Of a DNA stretch of 37,603 nucleotides, positions 7,469 to 14,874 are shown one piece after another (position 1 is the stretch's first letter; each line of letters begins with the position of its first letter). Both the position numbers and the translations under genes were made by a program. The notes under the pieces were generated by a model, which was given only the letters and a program-made list of their open reading frames with translations, had not been told where the DNA came from and did not search any database. Source of the stretch: Peptococcaceae bacterium. Lineage in GTDB: Bacteria > Bacillota > Peptococcia > DRI-13 > UBA5745. The DNA is taken from positions 1 through 37,603 of the forward strand of contig JAISDM010000081.1 of assembly GCA_031264885.1 (NCBI GenBank), given 5' to 3'.

Positions 7469-9058
7469 TTAAACGGACATTTCCGCGGTTTTGTCCACGA
7501 TGTAGTGGTCGTAGTCTTTTTGGTACCACTCGTCCGCATAGGGCAATTCAATGTTCCGGCTGAGGTTCTTCGAGTAATTCCGGTTGGCCAGGGTGCGGTC
7601 GATGCGCCGGGCCAGTTCGTAGGCGCCCTTATACCCGAAAAATGTGAAACGCTGTGAAAACAGGGCGATGGAAGGAACGCCCAGCTTATTCATCCAGATG
7701 CCCACCCCCGGATGGGAGATGGCGATGTCGGGCTCCAGTTTTTTCACCATATTGACCAATTCCGAACTCTGATTGGAGATCGCGGTGGGAACGTCGCCTA
7801 ATTTATCCTCGATTTCCTGGAAGAGGGCATTCCCGTAGGTGTCATAATTGAAGTTCCGCATGCCCACCACCTTCATGCCGATTTCATCCGCCAGAAGCGC
7901 CGCCGTTCCCACGCGCATGTAGCCGCCGCCGATGATGACCTTCTTGCCTTTGACCCGCTCCTTGATGGGTTCGAGGGCCTCTTTCAGCTTCCGCTCTTCT
8001 TTGTCCAAAATCGCTTCCGCCTCTTTTTCGAGCCCGAAGAATTGGGCGATTTCCATGACGAACTGCTTGGTGGAGCTGCTGCCCACGGGAATGGTGGGCA
8101 ATATATACGGCATGTCGAACCGCCGCTTCAGATATTCCAGGAAGTACAGATCATGCACATGGCACATGGCCACGTTCAGCGCGGCTTCCGTGATCATCCG
8201 CCAATCGTCCGGATGACTGAATTCGACAAAGAATCTCACGTTGAGCCCTATGGCCTCCAGCAGCCTGCGCATCTCCGCCTCGTCCTGTGCGCCGATGGAA
8301 ACCGCGTTGTACAGATTGACCGTGTGATTCTTGCGGTATTTGTATTCCGCCACTTTCAGATCATAGTCCTTGTCGTTCTCATCGATGGGCGTATAATCCA
8401 CGTAGGGGATCGGCTCGAAAGCAAATCCGGCGCGCTGTATGCCGTGATAAACCACATCATAAGCCGATGAAAAAACCCTCGCCTTGAATCCGGGACAGTG
8501 GAGGGGCACCAGGGGCGCGGTGACCTCCGAACGCAAATCGTCCAGCACGCCGTCTATGTCGTCCCCTATGATGGAGGGGGTGCATGTCATCAGCACGAAA
8601 ATCGCGCTGGGGCGGAATCTCTTGTCGGCCTCCAGAATACACCGCCGCAGTTTGTCCTCACCGCCGTTGATGACCTCGGATTCGGAGAGATTCGTGCTGA
8701 ACCAGCGCGCGTTGGACATCTGTTTGCCGCGCTGGGCGCCGTAAAGCCGGATCGTGAAGTCCATGGTGTGGCTCTGGGAACCGCAGCCGATGGGTCCGTG
8801 CATGATAACAACGGAATCTTTCACCGAGAAACCGATCAAGGTCGCCACGCCCATCTGACAGAAGGTGCTCTGCGCGAATGTGCGCTCGCAGTTGGCGAGG
8901 CAGCCCGCGCAGGCGTTGTCAACCATATCGTCGATATGGCCGCCGTAAGAATGCCCCGTGCGCCGGGTGATCTCCCTTTTTTCGGGAAATTTGGTATCAA
9001 AGTTGATCTCAAGGATCCGGGTGTCTCTGCCGGTTTTTTTATCGTTTGATTCTGTCAT
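7469..9058 (-). CDS. Nitrogenase component-1 alpha-like subunit (NifD/NifE-like)
   Basis: 529 aa. D/E-type motifs: FCQMG, MHGPIGCG, LSESEVINGGEDKL, MTCTPSIIGDDI, LHCPGFKA and NVAMCHVHD. An extra N-terminal CAGCLANC motif is present. Confidence 0.8.
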   Translation of the reverse strand: MTESNDKKTGRDTRILEINFDTKFPEKREITRRTGHSYGGHIDDMVDNACAGCLANCERTFAQSTFCQMGVATLIGFSVKDSVVIMHGPIGCGSQSHTMDFTIRLYGAQRGKQMSNARWFSTNLSESEVINGGEDKLRRCILEADKRFRPSAIFVLMTCTPSIIGDDIDGVLDDLRSEVTAPLVPLHCPGFKARVFSSAYDVVYHGIQRAGFAFEPIPYVDYTPIDENDKDYDLKVAEYKYRKNHTVNLYNAVSIGAQDEAEMRRLLEAIGLNVRFFVEFSHPDDWRMITEAALNVAMCHVHDLYFLEYLKRRFDMPYILPTIPVGSSSTKQFVMEIAQFFGLEKEAEAILDKEERKLKEALEPIKERVKGKKVIIGGGYMRVGTAALLADEIGMKVVGMRNFNYDTYGNALFQEIEDKLGDVPTAISNQSSELVNMVKKLEPDIAISHPGVGIWMNKLGVPSIALFSQRFTFFGYKGAYELARRIDRTLANRNYSKNLSRNIELPYADEWYQKDYDHYIVDKTAEMSV

Positions 9059-9062
9059 TTTT

Positions 9063-10409
9063 TTATCTCCCCGCTAACTGTGTGCCGATCAGGTCTTCCA
9101 GCAGATTCAATCCGCCGCGAAAACCCGCGTAGCCTTTTGAAATGATAATTCGGTTGATGATGGGATAGCTGACCGACAGGAAGTTTCCTTTCAAAACCTC
9201 CGCCAGCCGGCGTTCGATGGTGCTGCCCAGGACGAAGGCCGGCGATATGGTGGGATAGTATTCGTCGGCCAGGAACTGCGGCGTGTTCTGCTCAATGTAT
9301 TGTTGGATCTTGAATGTGTCCGTCTCAAACACCAAATCGGGCCGCGTCTCAAATTCGATCTCGCCGAAGGCGCTCCGTATCGCCGCTTCCTGATCCTCAT
9401 CCAGGTCGTCCGTGATAAAAATGTGCGTCGGTATCCATCCGATCTCGTTGTCCAAGTACCTCGCGTAAGGCAGCGCCTGGGTGGCGTTCGCGACGACGAC
9501 GGCGTAATTCTGGAAATCCGTGTCGGCGATGACGTCCGTGGCCCGGTCTATGAAGCTGTAATAATTCTTGATTTCCGCGGCCAGCAATGGATCGACCACG
9601 TTTTTGCTGATCTCAAGCCTGTCGGCGATGAGCCGCGCGAAATTCTCCGTCGCCTTTGCGCCGATGGGCAGATCCGTCACAAGATAATCGATATCGTGGC
9701 TTTCTTTAATGGTCTTTGCGGCTTCCACGCCGTAAACCCGGGAAAGTATAATATTCAGCGAAGCCTCGCCGGCTTTCAGAAGGTTCTCCTGGGTTTGATC
9801 GCTGGTGACGAAGGTGTTGACCTCGATTCCCAATAAGTTCAAAATCCGCTTGAGTTCGGCCAAGTCGCCGCGGAAAAACGGGTCGTAGGCGGGAACCAGG
9901 CCGAGAAGGTTCACCGCTTTCAGGTTTTTTTTCGTTGAAATAGGGATATACTGCAAGAACAATTCTTCAATGAGACGACCGTATCCGTAATAGGAATTCC
10001 CTTTGAACCCGCCGGATTCCAAAAAAATCACCGGTTTGGGCAGCGGCCGCAGGGAATCGACGACGGCCTTGGCGTCGTCTCCGATGATGTCGGTCATACA
10101 TGCCGTGGAAACAACGAATAGGTCGCCTTGCATCACCTCAAAAACGCCCTTGATCTCTTCGCGCAGTTTTTCCTCTCCGCCGAAGATGACCTCGGATTCG
10201 GAAATGTTTGTGCTTGGCATACCGCCGCTGCCGGCATAGCCGGTACCGTAGTACCCGCCCAGCAAGATGCCTTGGGCGAGGGAGCCTCCGCAGCCCTGCG
10301 CTCCGTGAATGATCGGCACCGTCCTGGGCAAAGCGCCTGTGGTGGCGAGCACGCCGCCCAGCATGCAGGAAAAACGGGGCCGCTCAATGGGTTTGTCACA
10401 TATTGCCAT
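9063..10409 (-). CDS. Nitrogenase component-1 beta-like subunit (NifK/NifN-like)
   Basis: 448 aa. K-type motifs: FSCMLGG, IHGAQGCG, ISESEVIFGGEEKL and STACMTDIIGDD. The stop lies 4 nt before the D-like start. Confidence 0.8.
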   Translation of the reverse strand: MAICDKPIERPRFSCMLGGVLATTGALPRTVPIIHGAQGCGGSLAQGILLGGYYGTGYAGSGGMPSTNISESEVIFGGEEKLREEIKGVFEVMQGDLFVVSTACMTDIIGDDAKAVVDSLRPLPKPVIFLESGGFKGNSYYGYGRLIEELFLQYIPISTKKNLKAVNLLGLVPAYDPFFRGDLAELKRILNLLGIEVNTFVTSDQTQENLLKAGEASLNIILSRVYGVEAAKTIKESHDIDYLVTDLPIGAKATENFARLIADRLEISKNVVDPLLAAEIKNYYSFIDRATDVIADTDFQNYAVVVANATQALPYARYLDNEIGWIPTHIFITDDLDEDQEAAIRSAFGEIEFETRPDLVFETDTFKIQQYIEQNTPQFLADEYYPTISPAFVLGSTIERRLAEVLKGNFLSVSYPIINRIIISKGYAGFRGGLNLLEDLIGTQLAGR

Positions 10410-10429
10410 AAAAGATCAGTCTCCTCTCG

Positions 10430-10552
10430 AACGGGATGGATTCCGGGACAAGCCCGGAATGACAGGATGATGGGGTGACGGGATGGAATGACGGGGCGAG
10501 TCTGGCCGCAGTCTGACCCGGAATGACGGAATGATGGAATGACGGGATGGAT
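10430..10552. repeat. Intra-operon repeat spacer with reiterated GGAATGAC / ACGGGATGGA motifs and a TTCCGGG-N5-CCCGGAA hairpin
   Basis: GGAATGAC occurs at 10456, 10485, 10520 and 10536, with GGAATGAT at 10528. ACGGGATGGA occurs at 10431, 10478 and 10542. The hairpin spans 10441-10459. The spacer lies between the cysK stop (10553) and the K-like start (10409). Confidence 0.85.
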
Positions 10553-11485
10553 TTATTCCGGGAAGAGCGCGGTGGATAAATAGCGCTCCCCTGTATCCGG
10601 GAGAATCACCACGATGTTTTGCCCCGCGTATTCCTTCCGCGCGGCGATCTTCGTGGCCGCGAACAGCGCCGCGCCGGAAGAAATGCCCACCAGGAGCCCT
10701 TCGGAGCGCGCGGCCTCTCTGGAAACCTCGAAGGCTTCCTGGTTTTTCACTCGAAAAATTTCATCCACATATTTGCGGCGGAACACTTTGGGAATAAATC
10801 CGGCGCCGATCCCTTGAATCGCGTGGGAACCGGACGGTTCTCCCGACAGCACGGAAGAATCGTAGGGTTCGACGGCGACGACGTGAATGGCGGGATTGCC
10901 TTTTTTCAGCGCCTCCCCGACGCCGGTGACCGTTCCGCCTGTGCCGACGCCGGATATGAAAACGGCCAGGTTTCCGCCGGTGTCCTCCAGTATTTCGGCC
11001 GCCGTGGTGGTCCGATGGATGGCGGGATTCACCGGATTTTCAAATTGCTGCGGTATGAAGGAGTTTTTGATTCGCGCGCTCAGTTCCTCCGCTTTGCGGA
11101 TCGCGCCTCTCATCCCGTCCGCGCCCGGGGTGAGAACCAGTTCGGCGCCCAGCGCTTTCAAAAGCCGCCTCCTTTCCAAGCTCATGGTCTCCGGCATGAC
11201 GAGAATGATTTTGTATCCCTTGGCCGCCGCCACAAACGCGAGCCCGATTCCCGTATTGCCGCTGGTCGGCTCGATGATCGTCGTTTCGCTGTCGATCCGG
11301 CCTTGCTTCTCTCCGTCTTCGACCATGGCGAGGGCGATGCGGTCTTTCACACTGCCGAGGGGGTTGAAATACTCCAATTTCGCGAGGATTTCGCCGGACA
11401 GGTTTTTGCCTGCCGAATATCGGTTCAAATGTAAGAGTGGCGTTTTGCCGATCAATTCGGTCAAGCTTTCCGCGATTTTTGACAT
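10553..11485 (-). CDS. cysK: Cysteine synthase / O-acetylserine sulfhydrylase family PLP enzyme (CysK/CysM type)
   Basis: LIGKTPLL, the PLP-lysine motif [11 protein letters not shown], the [10 protein letters not shown] loop and [10 protein letters not shown] are present. I chose the ATG at 11485 (AAGGAAGGGA 7 nt upstream) over the GTG at 11506. Confidence 0.85.
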   Translation of the reverse strand: MSKIAESLTELIGKTPLLHLNRYSAGKNLSGEILAKLEYFNPLGSVKDRIALAMVEDGEKQGRIDSETTIIEPTSGNTGIGLAFVAAAKGYKIILVMPETMSLERRRLLKALGAELVLTPGADGMRGAIRKAEELSARIKNSFIPQQFENPVNPAIHRTTTAAEILEDTGGNLAVFISGVGTGGTVTGVGEALKKGNPAIHVVAVEPYDSSVLSGEPSGSHAIQGIGAGFIPKVFRRKYVDEIFRVKNQEAFEVSREAARSEGLLVGISSGAALFAATKIAARKEYAGQNIVVILPDTGERYLSTALFPE

Positions 11486-11545
11486 TCGGATTTCCCTTCC
11501 TTTCACATTTTGTTTCAGAGACTTGTGTGGTCTTAGGCGGTGTTC

Positions 11546-11572
11546 CTTAGGACTTGTTTAACGAGTCCTAAG
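11546..11572 (-). other. Intercistronic 9-bp perfect hairpin (CTTAGGACT-N9-AGTCCTAAG) straddling the permease stop codon
   Basis: Positions 11546-11554 pair with 11564-11572. The permease TAG occupies 11570-11568 inside the stem. No U-tract follows on the minus strand. Confidence 0.5.
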
Positions 11573-12395
11573 CCGTTCCGGACTCGTCCCGCCAGCGGAA
11601 GCTGCGTTTTTCCACCGATTCCAGCACGAAGTTGATCGCGGTGCCGAATATGGCCATGACCACGATATAAGCGTACATTTCCGGGATTTTGAAGTTGGCC
11701 TGATAAAAGAACATGGCGTATCCGAGACCGCTGTTGGCGCCCATCATCTCCGCCGCGATGAGGATCAAAATGGAGAAGGTGGCGGACATGCGCACGCCGG
11801 TGAAGATGAACGGCAGGGCGGCCGGCAGTACCACGGAGCCAAACAGCCTGAGGGATCCCGTTCCCATAGCTCTGGCCGCTTTGACAAGCTGCGGGTCCAC
11901 GCTTCTTACGCCGGCGATGGTATTCAGCAGCGTGGTCCACAGCGCGCCCCACATAATGACGATGATCTTGGACGTTTCCCCGATGCCGAAGAACATCACG
12001 AACACGGGGAGCAGCGCCAGCGTGGGCATGTTGCGGAAGACCTGCAATAATGGATTGACCAGATTCCCGAAGCCCTTGAACCAGCCGATGGCAAGCCCGA
12101 GGGGGATGGCCACCGCGAGGCCCAGAAGGAATCCGAAGAAGGAACGCGTCAGGCTGATCGCGATGTTTATCCATAATTTGCCGCCGGCGGCTTCCCGAAC
12201 CAGCGCGAAAAAAACCCTGGATACGGGAGGGAAGAAGGCCGGCGTCGAGACCAACTCCAGGCGGGCGGCGAGTTCCCACAGGGCGGCGAATATAAAAATC
12301 GCGGCGGTGCTGGTGAAGATTTTTTTGAGCGCCGCGGCGGAAGCGCTTTGTTTGCCGGCCTGTTCAATGATAACGATATCTTTGTTTCTTTTCAT
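11568..12395 (-). CDS. ABC transporter permease, NitT/TauT (sulfonate/taurine/nitrate) family
   Basis: 275 aa from the ATG at 12395 (MKRNKDIVI...). It has multiple hydrophobic helices and a BPD-type EAA-like loop (AARAMGTGSLRLFGSVVLPAALP). The upstream part of the ORF-track ORF is Arg/Pro-rich non-coding read-through. Confidence 0.8.
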   Translation of the reverse strand: MKRNKDIVIIEQAGKQSASAAALKKIFTSTAAIFIFAALWELAARLELVSTPAFFPPVSRVFFALVREAAGGKLWINIAISLTRSFFGFLLGLAVAIPLGLAIGWFKGFGNLVNPLLQVFRNMPTLALLPVFVMFFGIGETSKIIVIMWGALWTTLLNTIAGVRSVDPQLVKAARAMGTGSLRLFGSVVLPAALPFIFTGVRMSATFSILILIAAEMMGANSGLGYAMFFYQANFKIPEMYAYIVVMAIFGTAINFVLESVEKRSFRWRDESGTA

Positions 12396-12441
12396 CTTAT
12401 CCTGCCTGTTGTTTGCTCGTATTAGGCGCCGCGGCGAATCC

Positions 12442-13332
12442 TTACAGCACTGCGGAGGGCGTGATTTCGTCCGCGAGGCTTCGGGGGGCGCCTTCCGGCC
12501 CGGAGCCGGTCTCCGGCGATTCTGTGTCATGCAGCAATTCCCATATCCGGTGTACGATGACGCCGTAATCGGCGGAGGCGCGCGCGTCGGCGTTAAACCG
12601 GGGGCGCGGCAGACGGATATCAACGATGTCTTTGATGCGCCCCGGGCGCGGTGTCATCACGACGACCCTGTCGGCCAGGAGTACCGCCTCCTCAATGCTG
12701 TGCGTGACGAAGATCACGGTTTTTTTTGTTTTGCCCCAGATCTTCAGAAGCTCATCCTGGAGGGTTTCTCTCGTCTGGGCGTCCACAGCGGCAAAGGGTT
12801 CGTCCATCAGAAGCACTTTAGGATCATAAGCCAGGGACCGGGCGATGGCGACCCGCTGCCGCATACCGCCCGACAGCTCGTTGGGATAGCGTTCCTCGAA
12901 GCCGTTCAGATCCACCAGGTCGATGTATGTCCGCGCGATCTCGGTTCGTTCTTTCTTGGGAATCCGCTTGACTTCAAGCCCGTACTCCACGTTGCGCAGC
13001 ACGGTGCGCCATGGAAAAAGAGCGTAGCCCTGCATAATAAAGCCTCTGTCCAGATTCGGCCCGGCGACTTCGCGGCCGTCGATGGTGATGCTTCCGCCCT
13101 TGGATTTGGTCAGCCCCGCGATAATATCCAACAGTGTGGATTTGCCGCATCCCGAAGGCCCGACGATGGAGACGAAGGCGCCGTCTTCTATGGAAAGGCT
13201 GAAACTCTCCAGGGCGACAAACTCTTCAAGCTGTTTCTTCCCCGGATTTCTTATATAATAGACTTGCTTCAGATTGTTGAGGATAATCTTCGCGTTACCG
13301 GCGCTTCCCAAAGCCGCTTCCATCAATGTCAT
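12442..13332 (-). CDS. ABC transporter ATP-binding protein, NitT/TauT family
   Basis: Walker A GPSGCGKSTLL, signature LSGGMRQRVAIARSL, Walker B LLMDEPFAAVD. The start is ambiguous. The ATG at 13332 overlaps the binding-protein stop (TAATG). The ATG at 13323 sits 11 nt from GGGAGG. Confidence 0.8.
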   Translation of the reverse strand: MTLMEAALGSAGNAKIILNNLKQVYYIRNPGKKQLEEFVALESFSLSIEDGAFVSIVGPSGCGKSTLLDIIAGLTKSKGGSITIDGREVAGPNLDRGFIMQGYALFPWRTVLRNVEYGLEVKRIPKKERTEIARTYIDLVDLNGFEERYPNELSGGMRQRVAIARSLAYDPKVLLMDEPFAAVDAQTRETLQDELLKIWGKTKKTVIFVTHSIEEAVLLADRVVVMTPRPGRIKDIVDIRLPRPRFNADARASADYGVIVHRIWELLHDTESPETGSGPEGAPRSLADEITPSAVL

Positions 13333-14414
13333 TACCTCCCGATTTCCGCGTCGGAGGCGGGCGGGTCGTTCGGCACGAATTGGTTGGTGTAACTCTCTTC
13401 GGGCGCAATGTCGCCAGGCGCCCAATAGCCCAATTCCTCGGACAGATCGAACCATAACTGTCCCCATTCCGGACGAATGTTTTTTTCCTGGCAATAGGAG
13501 TTGGAGCTGACCTCATCCGGTTCCAATCCCAGGTATTCCGCGCCTACCACCCTTGAATAGTCCGGGTTGGCTTCCATAAAAATCCTGGCCCGGTATGTGG
13601 CGTTGACGAAGCCCTGCACAATATCCGGATGTTCTTCGATAAAGGCGTCGCTGAACCCGCGCACAGCCAGGCCGCCTGCCGGCGTACCGACGACATCGTA
13701 GCTTTTGGCCGCCATGCGAACCCCTCCGGCCGCCAGGGCCACGCCGGCAAAGGGCGTATGAGAAGTTGTGGCGTCGATCTGTCCGTTGACGAGGGCCTGC
13801 TCAATCTGGCCGGCCTGGGGCATGACGACGTATTCCACCGATGCGGGATCGAGGCCTCTTTCGGATAAATACTTCGTGATAAATCCGTCAGTACAGACGG
13901 CCAGACCGCTAATCCCAACCTTCTTGCCGGCAAAGTCCTCGATGGATTGGATATCGCTGTCTTCCCGCACCAAGTATGTGATATGGGGATTGTCGGGATC
14001 ATCCACGAATCCGGGCGCCACAGCCAACGGACTCAGTCCCGCCAGCCGGGCCATCGCCACCTCCGTCAGATGCCCCTGAGTAAAAACGTCGATATCGCCT
14101 TGCTCCAGCGCCTGAAACTGTGTGATGCCCTGACCCAGCGTGCCGATATAGTCGATTTGGATGCCCTCATCCTCGAAGAACCCCAGTTTGTCGGCGATGA
14201 TGGTTTCACTGAAGGTGGTTTGGGTCACCGCGCGCAAGGTAAAAAGTTCACTGCCGCCGGTTCCGGCGCTGCCGGCGCCTGAATCGCCGTTCCCGTTCGC
14301 CGCCGCGGCGCCGGAACCCGAACCGCCGCAGCCCGCCGCCGCCAAAACAAACAGCAAGGTCACCGCAGCCGTTAATAATCTCTTTGGACGAATCATTGAT
14401 TTAGAATATTTCAT
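13332..14414 (-). CDS. Lipoprotein substrate-binding protein, NMT1/SsuA/TauA-like (NitT/TauT family)
   Basis: Lipobox LAAAGC follows a hydrophobic signal, then a Gly/Ser/Ala linker. The fold-family assignment rests on gene context and on length and pattern. It is the first gene of the operon. Confidence 0.7.
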   Translation of the reverse strand: MKYSKSMIRPKRLLTAAVTLLFVLAAAGCGGSGSGAAAANGNGDSGAGSAGTGGSELFTLRAVTQTTFSETIIADKLGFFEDEGIQIDYIGTLGQGITQFQALEQGDIDVFTQGHLTEVAMARLAGLSPLAVAPGFVDDPDNPHITYLVREDSDIQSIEDFAGKKVGISGLAVCTDGFITKYLSERGLDPASVEYVVMPQAGQIEQALVNGQIDATTSHTPFAGVALAAGGVRMAAKSYDVVGTPAGGLAVRGFSDAFIEEHPDIVQGFVNATYRARIFMEANPDYSRVVGAEYLGLEPDEVSSNSYCQEKNIRPEWGQLWFDLSEELGYWAPGDIAPEESYTNQFVPNDPPASDAEIGR

Positions 14415-14601
14415 AATGAGCGACTCCTTTCATAAGGACTTGTTGAATGATTCCCAAGCCCTGTACAAATAGATACAGTAAAGCCGCCGGATTCAACAGT
14501 CGCCCATACCGCCCTTGCCGCACATCGCGAGATATTTCGACGTTCTCAACATAACCACGACCCCCAGTAAATTTATAATACATATAAAATTAGTATGATT
14601 T

Positions 14602-14630
14602 ATTATAATACCGGCATTTTGATTTGTCAA
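14602..14630 (-). promoter_or_regulatory. Consensus sigma-A promoter for the ABC-cysK-nitrogenase-like operon (TTGACA-17-TATAAT)
   Basis: The minus strand reads TTGACA (14630-14625), a 17-nt spacer, then TATAAT (14607-14602). This predicts a leader of about 180 nt before the ATG at 14414. Confidence 0.65.
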
Positions 14631-14769
14631 GCGTCAAAATTGCGGGGCGTCGTTCTGTTCCGTGTCCATATATGGTGTTGACGATGCGATTTTTGACGTT
14701 TTCGGATGGTCTGGCCCGTCTTTGACGGACGCGAATTTCCGGGCTGTGAAAAAATCCTTGAAAAAAGCA

Positions 14770-14797
14770 TTGACTTTTTATTTACATATGATATAGT
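14770..14797 (+). promoter_or_regulatory. Sigma-A promoter for the patB-Mo-enzyme-peptide operon (TTGACT-16-TGaTATAGT, extended -10)
   Basis: TTGACT at 14770-14775, TG at 14789-14790, TATAGT at 14792-14797. RBS GGGAGG at 14862-14867 precedes the ATG at 14875. Confidence 0.55.
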
Positions 14798-14874
14798 ATT
14801 ATTATATAACATATCAAACATATATATAATATGGTTAAAACTGTACAGACGTTTTAATATAGGGAGGCGAGAAA

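Noticed and set aside
5225-10409. Reading the H/D/K/B genes as a genuine N2-fixing nitrogenase (nif) cluster
   Set aside because: - The gene order is K-D-H-B.
- No nifE or nifN is present in the window.
- The D-like protein lacks the SQSLGHHIAN-type region and an obvious His442 equivalent.
- The genes are co-transcribed with a sulfonate-type ABC importer and cysK.

A nitrogenase-like (Nfl) assignment fits better, but a phylogeny is needed.
10128-10478. 116-aa plus-strand ORF ending in ...IPGQARNDRMMG
   Set aside because: It runs antisense to the K-like gene start, and its C-terminus is a translation of the GGAATGAC repeat spacer.
12396-12623. N-terminal extensions of the permease (to 12623) and of the ATPase (to 13494)
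   Set aside because: The extensions overlap the preceding genes in other frames and are Arg/Pro-rich. Internal ATGs give normal ABC protein N-termini.
11713-13392. 559-aa plus-strand ORF spanning the permease/ATPase junction
   Set aside because: It runs antisense to two motif-rich ABC genes and crosses their intergenic gap. Its composition is typical of GC-rich antisense frames.
14401-14583. 60-aa minus-strand ORF in the leader
   Set aside because: It has no RBS. It starts a few nt after the predicted transcription start site and runs out of frame into the binding-protein gene.
14415-14600. An S-box (SAM-I), T-box, cobalamin or Moco riboswitch in the leader of the sulfur operon
   Set aside because: I could not find the conserved cores by eye, for example the T-box GGGTGGTACCGCG or the B12 box. 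A covariance-model scan is still required, so this is a provisional rejection.
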